DNA of 64,000 nt. Origin: Mobula hypostoma (lineage: Eukaryota). The stretch spans positions 22,196,001 through 22,260,000 of the forward strand of contig NC_086118.1 in assembly GCF_963921235.1 (NCBI RefSeq), written 5' to 3'. The notes under the pieces were generated by a model. That model was not told where the DNA came from, did no database searches, and saw only the letters and a list, made by a program, of their open reading frames with translations. Positions 37,201 to 48,785 of this stretch are shown here, one piece after another. Each line of letters starts with the position of its first letter. Position 1 is the stretch's first letter. Position numbers and translations under genes: made by a program.

Positions 37201-38044
37201 TAACAAGGGTCAGATTTAAGTCCGTGAATAAGGAAGATTAGAAACAAAACCTCACCAGATTAATAATAAACACATCCTACCCTTGTACAAATCCAGATGT
37301 ATTTCTTAATGGCGACAAAAGCATTGATAGGATTGAGTAACACATCAATTTATCATTTGATTTTTCAATCTGTAATAGAATTTTAATATCTTCAAACTTC
37401 ATTTTTTCAAGATTTATTTATCTACTATTTGCTTAATTTAACTGATCACTGATGTCAAATTGTTCATAGTTAGTGAAAAAAAAATAAGGTCTTTCTGGGC
37501 CAAATCACATTGTTCTTTCTCATAGCTCTTTAATGTTTTAAGTCTTGCTCAAGTTGACCATTAGAGATGAGCGAAGATATTGGATGATCAGCCAACAGCC
37601 TGTCCAGAAAAAATAAAGTGTCTACGATGAAAGAGAACATTAAATTGAGAATCTAATTGTATGACTGAAGAGAAAAATACTGATTCTCTGCATATCCGCA
37701 CAGATGATAATATATAGGCACAATGTGGCTTTTTTATTCCAAGCACGTAGAACATTGTTTTCCAAAGAGACAGATTTATTTGATATGTAGTCAATTTTAG
37801 AAATTTTCAGATATCTCAGACCAAGTTTGGTTCTCATGCTTTTCTTATTACTAAGTCTGATGAATTGGTACAATGTAGCAGAATGTGCATAATATAATGA
37901 TTTTTAATGGAATTTTCCTTTTTACTCAACTTGATAAGGTCTCTCATATCAATTTATATGAATATTTCAATTTACGCAGTTCTTTTACCTACACAGCAAC
38001 TCTCCTGCAGGCATGCAGACAACACTCATAGCCCATCTCTGATT

Positions 38045-38260
38045 TTGCCAATCAACTTCGCAGCTCTTAGCAACATCCCTCCCCCTCCTGTCCTCTCCTA
38101 TCATTTCAAATCTTCCCCTCCCCCTCCCACTTTCAAATCTCTTACTATCGCTTCTTTCAGTTAGTACTGACGAAGGGTCTCGGCCCGAAACGTCGACTGT
38201 ACCTCTTCCTATAGATGCTGCCTGGCCTGCTGCGTTCCCCAGCAATTTTTATGTGTGTTG
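38045..38260 (+). mobile_element. Penelope 3' end (UTR and pLTR with hammerhead at 38163-38198)
   Basis: CUGACGA...GAAACGUC/GACU with one stem I mismatch; 12-bp TSD ccatctctgatt at 38033-38044 and 38261-38272. Confidence 0.9.
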
Positions 38261-39414
38261 CCATCTCTGATTATAACTCTTTGCACCTAACTTGTTGATT
38301 TCCCTGGCACACTCCTCAGCTGGCTGACCCTCAACGTCTTGAATACCCCAGCTAATGACCTGGTCCTCTGTCACCCTTGTGAATAGTTTTCCTTTGTGCT
38401 TCGTACCCTCTCCAAGGCCAGAGCCCACAAAGGCAAGGCTTTTGGCAAGACCTAGTCTACTGCACTTGGGATTGTTGCTGCAGAATTTTGCAGTGTTAAA
38501 ATCTCAATAAAGCATTTGTAGATCTGTTGCACACCAGTGGTTTAGCAAATGTTAAAAAGCAATTTCTATGTCTATTTGCATAAATAAAAGAGTACTTTAA
38601 AAAATGGCAATTCAGTCAAGCAGTGAGTGTTGAGGGGATGGTGTAGAAGAATATCCACATAGCAAAATTTAGAGCATAAACTCATAAATATACAGTATAC
38701 ATATCAGTTCCATAGAGCAACATTATTTTCACTCTGTAACAGTGAAGGATATTTCCTCCAGTCTTTTGACTGAAACAAATGATCATGTGATGTGGCAATC
38801 TATAAGAACAACTCCAGGATGCACAGAAGGACAGAATATAATTGATCTGTAGGAAAATGGAGATGGCATGAGGGGAGAGTATCATAGTTGAAATGTATTT
38901 TGTTGATTGCTGAGAGGGTGATATGGGGCTAGAAACTCCTTCATACGTTGCATTTCATTGGAGTTGTATGATTGAATGTGTGTTAAAATTGAGTAAAGTC
39001 CATTGCTTACTCAGAGCGAAAAAACTGGATACATCATTGTTGTCATCATTTTGATGTTTTGTACAAAATTAACGTAATTTCTCACTGTCAGTGTACTACT
39101 CTCACCTGACATGGGTAAAACCTGCTGCATTGAAAATTAGTCTCATCAGTGATTGATTACTCTCAAGGTGAGCAGCCACTAACGTTTACAGACTTACAGG
39201 TATTTACCAAGCGACCTGCTCAAGAATACTTGCAGTCAGTTACACTAATTCAAATCAGAACAATACAAAATACCAAAGCTATTCAATGGAGTTAGGGGGT
39301 CTTACTACCTTTCTCTTAACTCACTGAAGCTGCATTGCAAATAATCACTGTTGCATTATCCTAAATTACACTGAGTAGGCTGAACATCTCATTAGAAACT
39401 GCTGCTTCAAAAAG

Positions 39415-40050
39415 CTATCTATTGCCCCGGTGCCCGAGAAGAGCATAATGGTCTGCATCAATGACTACTGCCTGGTAGCACTTACATCAATCACAATGAA
39501 GTGCTTTGAGAGGCTGGTTATGGAGTGAAACAACTCCAGTTTGCCTACTGCTACAACAGGTCAACAGCCAAAGTGATTTCTCTGGCTTTTCACTCTGTTC
39601 TGGACTGGCTGGAGAACAGGAATTCATATGTCAGGCTGCTGTTTATCGACTACAGATCAGCGTTCAACACCATCAGGCACTTAATACTCATCATTGGGCT
39701 TCAAGTCCTCGGTCTCTGTACCTCTCTCTGCAATTGATACTAGGACTTCCCCATCAGCAAACCTGAAAGAGTGAGAATTGGTAACAACATTTCTTCCTTG
39801 CTGATCATCAACACGGGCACATCTGAAGGCTGTGTGTTTAACCTTCTGCTCTATTCTCTATATACATGGCTAACTATGGCTCCAGTGCTATCTTCAAATT
39901 TGCTATACACTACTGTTGTTGGATTAATCACAGATATCGATGAGTTAACTTACTGGGACAAAAGAGGGTTGAGTACTACCATAACAACAATGTCTCACTC
40001 AGTGTCAGCAAAACTAAAGAGCTGATTGTTGACTTCAGGAAGAGGATTAC
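39415..40050 (+). mobile_element. Degraded Rex1/Babar RT fragment
   Basis: [19 protein letters not shown]; QFAY..NRST; YVRLLFIDY.SAFNTI; KTKELIVDFRK. Confidence 0.8.
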
Positions 40051-40174
40051 ACTAATGTGTAGTAAATTATAATGAGTTTGTATACTTAGAGTGCATTCCA
40101 GTATGATCATGCTAAAATGACAATTGCCTCTTGACTCATCATCACATAGATAATGTGTACAATGAAACATAGAA

Positions 40175-40312
40175 AACCAAGGGACACACACAAAATGCTG
40201 GAGGAACTCAGCTGGTCAGGCAGCATCTATGGAAAGGAATAAAGAGACAACAATTCAGGCGGAGACCCTTCATCAGGACAGATTTCCAGCATCTGCAGAA
40301 TCTATTGTGTTT
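40175..40312. repeat. Older head-to-head Penelope pLTR pair with a decayed hammerhead
   Basis: Minus-strand pLTR ending ...cccttcatcaggac (40279), followed directly by plus-strand pLTR tail atttccagcatctgcagaatc...gtgttt. Confidence 0.65.
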
Positions 40313-41009
40313 ATAGCGTACATTTCCAACTGTTTAACAATGCCATCCATCTCCTGTATTGTCTCAGTAACTGCCATTACAATAAAATCCGATGCATGTT
40401 AGTCCCTTGGCTGCCTTCCTGTTACTCAAGTCCACCTGCCTCTGCTAATTTTGTCCGTTCTCAGCTGTTACATGAAAGAGCTCAAGGGGGGAACCTGATG
40501 GTCGTCTTCCCTCACTGTAATCATTCTCCTCTGTCAGTAAGCACAAAGCAATATTGGTAGCAATTATGTCGAAACTTGCACACTAGTACCATGCAACCTT
40601 CTGGCTGAAGTCCTTCTTCAGGGAAATAAAGGGAAAGTACCAGGGAAACTAAATTAAGGAAATAAAAATAGAGTTCCATATCCATTTCTTTATGTGGATA
40701 AATGGACTTTAACCTTCCCAGACACACACCAGACCTTCACTGTTTATATGATAATGTGTTTCATTGCACACCCAACTCTCATTACCACTCTACCTCTATT
40801 CTAAGACCTTAAGGCTCCCACCTTTTTATAATTTATACATTATCATTTGACATTCTCTGCAATTCACACCACATATAAATTGCTTGGTTCCTGAGGACTG
40901 GTTTATAATGAGAGCAGAGTGTAATAAGCAGAGTGCAAGAGAAATTATAAATATCACTGCTGGGTCAAGTGACATTCATATGATTAGATACAAGGCAGCG
41001 GACAAATAA

Positions 41010-41232
41010 GCTTTCATTTATATAATCCTTTCACAATCACAGGATGTCCCAAATCACTTCTTAGCCAATAAAAATATTTTGAAAATCTAGTCACTGTCAT
41101 AATATTGGGAAGCACATCACTCTGTTTTGTTCACAGCAAAGTCCAGCTATATGTTAATGATCTATTTTTGATACACTATCCAGACAATCTGATTCAGTGG
41201 TGTTAATTGGGAGAATAATGTTGGTCAGGACA
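41010..41232 (-). mobile_element. Ancient Deu-domain SINE 3' part
   Basis: cattta tataatcctttcac..tcacaggatgtcccaaa.cacttc..agccaat.....ttttgaa....tagtcactgt matches the recalled Deu/SacSINE1 tail. Confidence 0.6.
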
Positions 41233-41419
41233 CTGTAGCGGAATTCTGACCGATCTGCTATACTGCTGACTTATTGGATATTGCATGCACAAGTCTTTTA
41301 AAGCAATCTTAGCTTTAATAAGAACACACATTGTTACTTAATAATATAACTTTTTTCTGAACAGTTAATTTTAAGTGAACTAAAGCCTTTAAGGAGAGAA
41401 TCCTAATTAAGCAAAGAAA

Positions 41420-41700
41420 GTTCAAAGTTCAAGGTAAATTTATTATCAAAGAACATATATGTCATCATATATAACCTTGAGATTTGTTTTCTTGCGGGCA
41501 TACTCAGTAAATCCAAGAACCATAATAGAATCTATGAAAGACCTCACCTAACAGAGCAGTCAAACAATTAATGTGCAAAAGACAATAAACTGTGCAAGTA
41601 TAAAAGAGAAAAATAAATAAATAAATAAATAAACAATAAATATGGAGAACATGAGATGCAGAGTATTTGAAAGTTAGTCCATAGGTTGTGGGAACTGCTC
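41420..41700 (-). repeat. 3' part of an abundant non-coding LINE-tailed repeat (also ~50940-51180, 53210-53420, 59320-59520)
   Basis: Shared aagttcaaagt.aaatttattatcaaag...aaccctgagatt.attttcttg.gggcat block; includes (AAAT)n at 41611-41640. Confidence 0.6.
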
Positions 41701-41774
41701 AACTTCACTTGAAAGACAAAGTGAATCTGACAGTATAGATGAAGTCACAATAATTTATGAAATTCTCCTTAAAG

Positions 41775-41853
41775 TGGGGGTTCCCAATTTTTTTACGCTA
41801 TGGACACTTACCAGTAACTAAGGGACCTGTGGACTCCAGGTTGGGAACCCTTG
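41775..41853. mobile_element. Tiny hAT/Charlie-type MITE
   Basis: Inverted ends ggggttcccaa / ttgggaaccc resembling CAGGGGTTCCCAA hAT termini; no 8-bp TSD found. Confidence 0.55.
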
Positions 41854-42574
41854 CAAGAGTTCTAAATTTTTCAGAATTTTCATGTTAATGGGTACAGTGG
41901 TGAAGTGGTACTTAAATTCTTGGATGAATAACCCAGACACATGGACTAAAATCAGAGATCTGAATTCAGATCGCTTCAGGAGCAGATGATATGTGAAAGT
42001 ATTTAATTGAGGAGGACAAACTATCATGCTATTAGGCAAGACCTTGGGAGCATAGACTGGGAATGGATGAACTCAGGAAAATGCAGAATGGAAATGTAGA
42101 GGTTGTTTAGGAAGCATTTGCATGTGAGTTCTGGATAAGTTTGTCCAATTAAGGCAGAGAAAGGATGGTAAAGGAACGTGGTTGACAGGAGATGTGGAAC
42201 ATCTACGCAAGAGAAGATGTAAGCACACTTACAGATTAGGAAGTGTTGTAGTGTGAACAAAGTCACCAGAGAAATGCAGCTGGTAGATATGAAGTAGTGG
42301 CTTGGGTCAACAGGATTCTCCACCAAACATTGCCTGACCTTAATACCTGCCATCCTGATAGATATACTGTATCTGGGGATAACCTCTCCCTTAAATATTT
42401 CCACACTAATTCCCACACTATGCAAAATATAAATGTGGATAAAAATTAAACAGTACAAACTAAAAGCCACAGAGTACGTACCCTGCAAACTGCCATTTAT
42501 GTGCATCTGAACCCATAATGTCTGTTGTATTCCTTTGCATCTTACTGTTACACTAAGGTTACAGACTTATGGAT

Positions 42575-42577
<3 letters not shown>

Positions 42578-42617
<40 letters not shown>

Positions 42618-42629
42618 ACACACACACAC
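42578..42629. repeat. (CA)n microsatellite in the ERV leader
   Basis: Read directly; a shorter CA run sits at the homologous position ~46553-46568. Confidence 0.95.
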
Positions 42630-42787
42630 CACTCTATATCTACCAGTTCATCTCTCTGCTATGTTCATGATACCTTGCGATTCCGTAAGCTACGGCCCAA
42701 AATGGGTCCAAGTGTGAGTGTTAATTTTAAAAACACTCACCCACTGAGACTGCTGAGATCACTGGTCACTCAATGGGTCACAAAGGC

Positions 42788-42806
42788 ACCCCGGATGAAG
42801 TTCCCA
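42788..42806 (-). promoter_or_regulatory. Degenerate primer-binding site, most similar to tRNA-Pro
   Basis: TGGGAACTTCATCCGGGGT 2 nt after the LTR end versus canonical Pro PBS TGGGGGCTCGTCCGGGAT (4 mismatches, 1 insertion). Confidence 0.5.
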
Positions 42807-42808
42807 AA

Positions 42809-43388
42809 TACTAAAGTGTGAACAAAGTCACTGGAGAGATGCAGTTGGTAGATGCAAAGAAGTCTTTTATTCGACAGCATGAGGCGCTGCTGGCATCATA
42901 TTGAGACACTTTTGGGGAAGAGGCCGGTTTGACCCAATACTACATGACATTTTAAATGTTAAAGATCAAAGGACAATTTTATATTTACAATGTATCTACA
43001 ATGCATCCTTTGAATTGCATATAACTTTCACACCTCCTTCTTTGCAGCCACACTACAGGCAACCAAAATGAATGTTAGACCAGTCCTGACGAAGGGTCTC
43101 GGCCTGAAACATCGACTGCACCTCTTCCTATAGATGCTGCTTGGCCTGCTGCGTTCACCAGCAACTTTGATGTATGTTGCTTGAATTTCCAGCATCTGCA
43201 GAATTCCTGTTGTTTGCGTTAGACCAGCCTTGTCTAGTTTTCCAACTAACTGCGGTTCGTGAGTCTTTAGAACCCATTATCCAGAGCTGCATTTTAAATT
43301 TAACCTACAATCCACCTTCAGTTCTAAAGATTGGTTGCTGAAGTTAATATTTTCCTATATAATCTAACTTCAGAATACTTCTTAAACA
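42809..43388 (-). repeat. Middle ERV LTR, containing a 134-bp Penelope insertion
   Basis: Starts TGTTTAAG at 43388 right after a purine tract GAGAAGGGAT (43398-43389); AATAAA on the minus strand near 42867-42872; followed by a PBS-like sequence. Confidence 0.85.
43084..43217 (+). mobile_element. 134-bp solo Penelope pLTR/hammerhead module
   Basis: Perfect 10-bp TSD gttagaccag at 43074-43083 and 43218-43227; starts at hammerhead stem I and ends gaattcctgttgtttgc. Confidence 0.9.
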
Positions 43389-44349
43389 ATCCCTTCTCAT
43401 GGCACTCCTGGACAAAATTAAATTTGTCCAGGAAAAGCAAAATCTTAAGGAGTATGTAATCAAAGAGGGCAGCAAAAAGGCACTGTCTCAAAACCTGTCC
43501 CCCAATTACTCTATGTAGATCAACATATGCTATCATGCTTAATGGCTACCTATAAGACTCCAAGCAGAGATTGTTCCAGAAATTTGACCAACAGTCTTTA
43601 AAATTCAGCTTCATCATTTGTCTGCCTGCTGCCTCCTTCCCTGCTGGCTGGTTGCAGTTTAATCACATTCTTAATCTTCACTCTCCATTCTCTGATAGCT
43701 AAAACTGGTGTAACTATCAGTGATTCCTCTCTGTTCTGGGGTTCCAACTATGTAAATGTATCAGGGTCACAGGCCCTCTCATCACTGTATAGCAGGGGTC
43801 GGAGTGGTGGAGAGGCCCCTATTTGAATGACAGCAAGGAACCTCTCCCTGGTGGCACAGCCCTTCAGCCAGTCCATTCGATTGCTAGCCCAACCACTGAA
43901 ATGGACAAGCTCATTTATATTCACCCCCACCCCCATTCAGGCTGGGGGGTGACTACCTTCAAATACAGTGTACAATTTCTTCTCTTTCTCAGTCTGTCAC
44001 ACCATCAAAGTTGTGGAACCTGATGTCTCTGCTATATCTTAGATCCCTTCCTATCTAATCTTCCCTCTATTTTTTTTCTATTCTATGCTGTACAAGTCAT
44101 CATCTGCCTTCTGCAACCAGCTCTCATTACAGAGTACCGTTACCATTATACTTTAGCATGTTATTCACGGCTTGCTGTTGCCCTCTCTTGGTGTCCTCTG
44201 TCTTCACGATTGCTGTGGGTCTGCTGCCATCGTCTGTGGTCAGGTCTGATGCAGGCGGCTGGTGTCCATCATTTAGGTTCTCTGCAATGACACTGTTACC
44301 GGGTACATTTGATCTCCTGCTCAGTCTGTGGGGGCGACAAGAAGGTGAG

Positions 44350-44830
44350 TCATACACTTTAACCTGAGTCCAGTGTCTGCACTGGCTATCTCGCTAAGTC
44401 AGCACACAGACTCAGGTGTCATTCTTCAAAAGTACCATCTGTAGTCCTATCCATCCGGGAGCAAACCCTGCCTTTTCAGGCAGCACCCTCACCAGGATTT
44501 GGTCACCCAGCTATGAGACGGCCAACTCCTTTCCCTCCGGCTCTCTGATCAGCAAAGTGCTGGCATTATTTTGCTTGGTCCTTCAACACTTTAAGTTGGT
44601 TATAAAGGTCCTTCACATCTCCATGTAATCTTACTAAATTGGCAGTTGTAGTTTCTTCTTGTTCTGATGTCTGCCCTCCTCACACTGATATCTGCCCACT
44701 CGTTCCCTTTCTGCTCCTTACTATCCCCTTTCTGGTGAGCCTTTACTTTAATCACTGCTCCCTCCTCAGGCAGCTGCACTACTTCAAACAGCTCCTCACT
44801 GTGCTTGGCCCCTACGCTTGGACCCTCCTG
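44350..44830 (-). pseudogene. ERV RNase H C-terminal half fused to integrase C-terminal (GPY/F-like) domain
   Basis: AVIKVKAHQKGDSKEQKGNEWAD; then LGDQILVRVLPEKAGFAPGWIGLQMVLL...HWTQVK with stop codons. No RT or IN catalytic core is present. Confidence 0.75.
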
Positions 44831-44949
44831 ACACGATTCCCGCACATTGCCCTGTCTCTCCTCCCCATCTGGGGCTCCTGTCTCTCTCTGTTGGCCATGT
44901 TAGTTGCTTTGCAGGTCACACATGTTCCCTGCCTTGTCCCCGTAATTCC

Positions 44950-45263
44950 TTCTTTTGCCGAGTCTATGATTGTACCTGCCTTACTCAGTGTGTCTATCCC
45001 CAGGATAGTACCTTCATTGTTTGTGCACACCCAAAAATCTACTCCCCGGCTGCACTCCCTCAATCTCAAGTACATCTCTCCACCCTTATTGTTTTACCTC
45101 CTGCATTAGTAATGTATATTGCCTCTCTGGTCATGGGCAAGGGTAGATCAGTTATCAGTATTGATGATCCCATGTCTATTAACACTTCATATTGTTTTCC
45201 CTCTAATAAAAGTCTCGTGTGGATCCAAGGATAACCACCACTGGCGTTAGAGGCAGCCGTCAA
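44950..45263 (-). pseudogene. ERV aspartic protease, frameshifted, with DTG mutated to DMG
   Basis: VLIDMGSSILITDLPLP...AGGKT; FWVCTNNEGTILGIDTL. Confidence 0.8.
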
Positions 45264-46330
45264 CTATTTGTCTAATCTCACCAGCTCTATAATCTGGACA
45301 ATAGTCAAATCAGAAAGAGAGGGCACTGCTGTGGATTCTGCCTGCTTTGGTGAGTGATTTTTACACTTCCCTTGTTTTTTTCAGAGCATTGCCTCCCACC
45401 ATGGTCTGAGAAGCCACAGCTGTGACAAATCATCTCCTTTACCTGCCCACATCTACTCCAGCAGTTCCTTGCTACGTGCCCCAGCTGCTGGCACTCAAAG
45501 CAAGTTCTCTGTGATGTCACAGCAGCTATATTCACTACAGCCACTTTACAACTTCTTATCCCCCTCCTCTGGTATATCTCACGGACCCACGACACTATCA
45601 CGTAATAGGTCGATCCCACCACTATCCCCAAATCTAAAACTTCCAAGTGGGCTGAGTTCAGGCCTTCCTTCCGCATTTTTAGGAAGACAGGGACATCCCT
45701 CCCTGGATTATCTAAACCTGAATACTCCTCATATGCTCGATATTTACGTTTTGCATAACCCACGGTTGGATCATCAGCTCTCTGAACCACTGAAATCATT
45801 CCACAGTTACTCTCACCTTCCCCCCAGTCACTGCCTCACTTTCCCTTTAAAGAAGCAGTATCATTCTTCATTGCTGGCGTTCCCGGTAGATGCCCGGTAG
45901 TACCATCCCGTACTCCCTGGGCCATACTGTCCCAGATACTCCTTGGACACTTCACTTTTAGCAGCACATGTGTATTTTTGGGGTGCATCTGGTTGCCCAC
46001 CTCCTTGAGCATATGCCAGAATTCTGAATTCCCACATGCGACATTAAGTGAGGGCAACTCTGACAAAATGCTTTGCTACTCCCCGGGGGTGAATGGTTTA
46101 TGAATGGTTATAATCAGGGTCAAGGGCTCACTTGGGTCATCAGGGTTCTCAGTCTGAAGTTGCCTGACCTCAATAGATGCCAGCCTGACAGATATATCTG
46201 GGGACAACATCTCCCTCAAATATCTCCACACTAATTCCCTGATTATGCAAAATATGAATGATGGATAAAAATTAAACAGTACATACTTTAAAACACAGAG
46301 TACGTATGCTGCAATATGCCATTTATGTGT
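45264..46330 (-). pseudogene. ERV gag remnant with two CCHC knuckles
   Basis: VVQRADDPTVGYAKRKY (MHR-like), CFECQQLGHVARNC, CHSCGFSDHGGRQC. The N-terminal boundary is approximate. Confidence 0.75.
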
Positions 46331-47755
46331 GTCTGAACTCATAATTCCTGTTCTATTCCTTTGCATTTAAAACGGGTACACCAAAGTTACAGACATACTG
46401 TATTGTCAAAACACAGAAAAACTTGCAAACGCATCTGCCAAAATAAAGTTCCTGGAATGAGTATACACACCCAACTGGAATCCCGAACCCTCAATAACCA
46501 CCCTTCTCACCAAATTAACATACAAAGTTTAGTATCTTACATAAACAGACATGCACACACACACACACCACATTACTTTTATATCTTACCAGTTCATTTC
46601 TCCACCATGTTCATAGTATCTAGTGACTCCATAGCCACCAACCCGAAACAAGTCCAAATGTGAGTGGTAATTCGAAAAATACTCACTGCTTAGCCTGCTG
46701 AGATCACTTGTCACAGAGAGCGAGGCAGCTGGTAGATATGAAGAAATCTTTTATTCGACAAAATGAGACATAGCAGGCCTCATGTTGAGACCCTTTTGGA
46801 AGAAGAGATCTGCTGTACCTAATATTACAGGACAATTTATATGCTAAAGATCAAAGAATAATTCTGTATTTACAATGTATCTACAATGTTTCTTTTGAAT
46901 TACATACAACTTTCACACCTCCTTCTTCTCATCCACACTCCAGACACCCAAAATTAATTTCAATCAGCATTGTCTGGTTCTCCAATTAATTGCTGTTCAT
47001 GGCTCTTGAGACATATTGTCCACAGCTGCATTTTAAATTGACCTACAGTCCATGTACAGGTCTAAAGCAAATACCCAGACCAGTCCAGAGGGCCAGAGGG
47101 CCAGTGAAGAAGTAAGTGATTCCTATATTCTGTAGCAGAGAGCAGACATACTCTCTATAAAACAGTATTGAAAATATATCAACAGGATGACCTGCAGTGT
47201 TCCTGACTGCTGAGTAGTGCTGACCTTGACTTTGTCTGTAAGAGTCTACAGGGCCATGTGAGAGTTTACCTTTGAGGTTATATCAAAGATATTAGTCAAG
47301 TCTACCTTGTTAAAGTGCTGTCAGCACTTATGTTTCTTTTCTGAAAAGTCTAAGTAAGAGCTTGGCTTCCTGTAATCACTGAATGCTTTTAACGATGAGA
47401 GTTTCTAGATCTCTAGTAAGTAGACCTCACGGGTGCCTTGAGTACCTGAGATGGCTCTCTTTCATGCACATGTCATTCATCAAGATCTGCAGACCTGGGC
47501 AAATCCCATTTTCCTAAGTCCGTTTCACTTTGTAGTAAAGTGAAAGGGGCAGCGGTCTCACTGCAAAAATTTTACAAGGTGAACTATCAGCCCACAGGGT
47601 GTGGTCCAACAGTCTGGCTGCAAATGCTAGTGGAATACTTTTGTCCATTTAATTAGCTTTGCATACTGTATGTCCAAGCTGCATCAGTAGTGCTGGCTTA
47701 ACAGAGAGAGGGAAGAGGTGAGAGGTGAGAGGTGAGGGGGAGAGGGGCGGGGGGG

Positions 47756-47758
<3 letters not shown>

Positions 47759-47808
<50 letters not shown>
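47759..47808. repeat. (AG)n microsatellite
   Basis: Read directly. Confidence 0.95.
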
Positions 47809-47809
<1 letters not shown>

Positions 47810-47811
<2 letters not shown>

Positions 47812-48250
47812 ACAGATAGTTCTGGAAGAAAAGGGTTAATATATGAGGAGCAGTGAGCTTGCATTCTCTGGAGTTTGGAAGAATGAATGGAAGATCTCAA
47901 TGAATCCTATGGGATATTGAAAGGCCAAGAGAGAGTGGACATGATGTTTCCTATAGTGGGGGGTCAAGGACCAGAAGGCACAGCTTCAGAATAAAAGGAC
48001 ATTCCCTTAGAACAAAGATGAAAGGAGTTTCTTTAGCCAGAGGGTGATGAAACTGTGGAGTTTATTGCCACAGGTTGGTTTGGAGGCCAGGTCATTGGGT
48101 ATATTATGATTAATAAGGGTGTCAAAGGTTACGGGGAGAAGGCGGGAGAATGGTGTTGAGAAAAATAATAAATCAGCTATGATGGAATGGCGGAGCAGAC
48201 TTGATGGGCCAAATGTCCTAATTCTGCTCCCGCCTTATGGTCTTACAATG
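47810..48250 (+). mobile_element. CR1 LINE 3' end
   Basis: LxYEE..SLHSLEFGRM; RTRRHSFRIKG..F; gggccaaatgtcctaattctgctcc..ttatggtctta tail. Confidence 0.8.
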
Positions 48251-48260
48251 ATATTTGTTG

Positions 48261-48261
<1 letters not shown>

Positions 48262-48307
<46 letters not shown>

Positions 48308-48310
48308 TAT
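48262..48310. repeat. (TG)n microsatellite
   Basis: Read directly. Confidence 0.95.
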
Positions 48311-48785
48311 GGCTTTCAAAGCTGCCTCATGATATCAGCTGTGTTCTGGCGTTGGTAACCACTCATCAGTACTCTGATTCTATGACCCACAAACTCACTT
48401 CTAAAGACTCTACAAACCATGTACTGGAGGAATCATGTTCTCAGTGTTATTTTTATTTCCACAGCTTGTCTTCTTTTGTACATTGGTTAATGTCAAACTT
48501 TGTCTTTTTATGTATAGTTATCATAAAAGTCTATTGCATTTGCTTTTTTTCTGCAAATGCCTGCAAGAAAATTGATCTCAAGGCAATACACAGAGATCTA
48601 CAGAGATGTTTTTACCAAGAAACTTGAAACTGCTCACTCTTTCCACCGTTGGTCCCTTGATGAGGACTGAAGTGTGTTTCCTCGACTTCCCCTTCCTGAA
48701 GTCCATAATCAAGTCATTGGTCTTACTGACTTTGTGTGCAAGGTTGTTGTGACAACACTCGACCAGCTGATCTATCTTACTCCTA

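Larger units (their letters stand above)
42244..47067 (-). mobile_element. Tandem, internally deleted ERV: LTR, leader, gag, PR, partial RNase H, IN C-terminus, 3' region, LTR, PBS, leader, LTR end
   Basis: Three LTR-homologous segments (46710-47067, 42809-43388, 42244-42295); duplicated leader (46130-46710 vs 42298-42770); gag, PR, RH and IN motifs. Confidence 0.85.
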
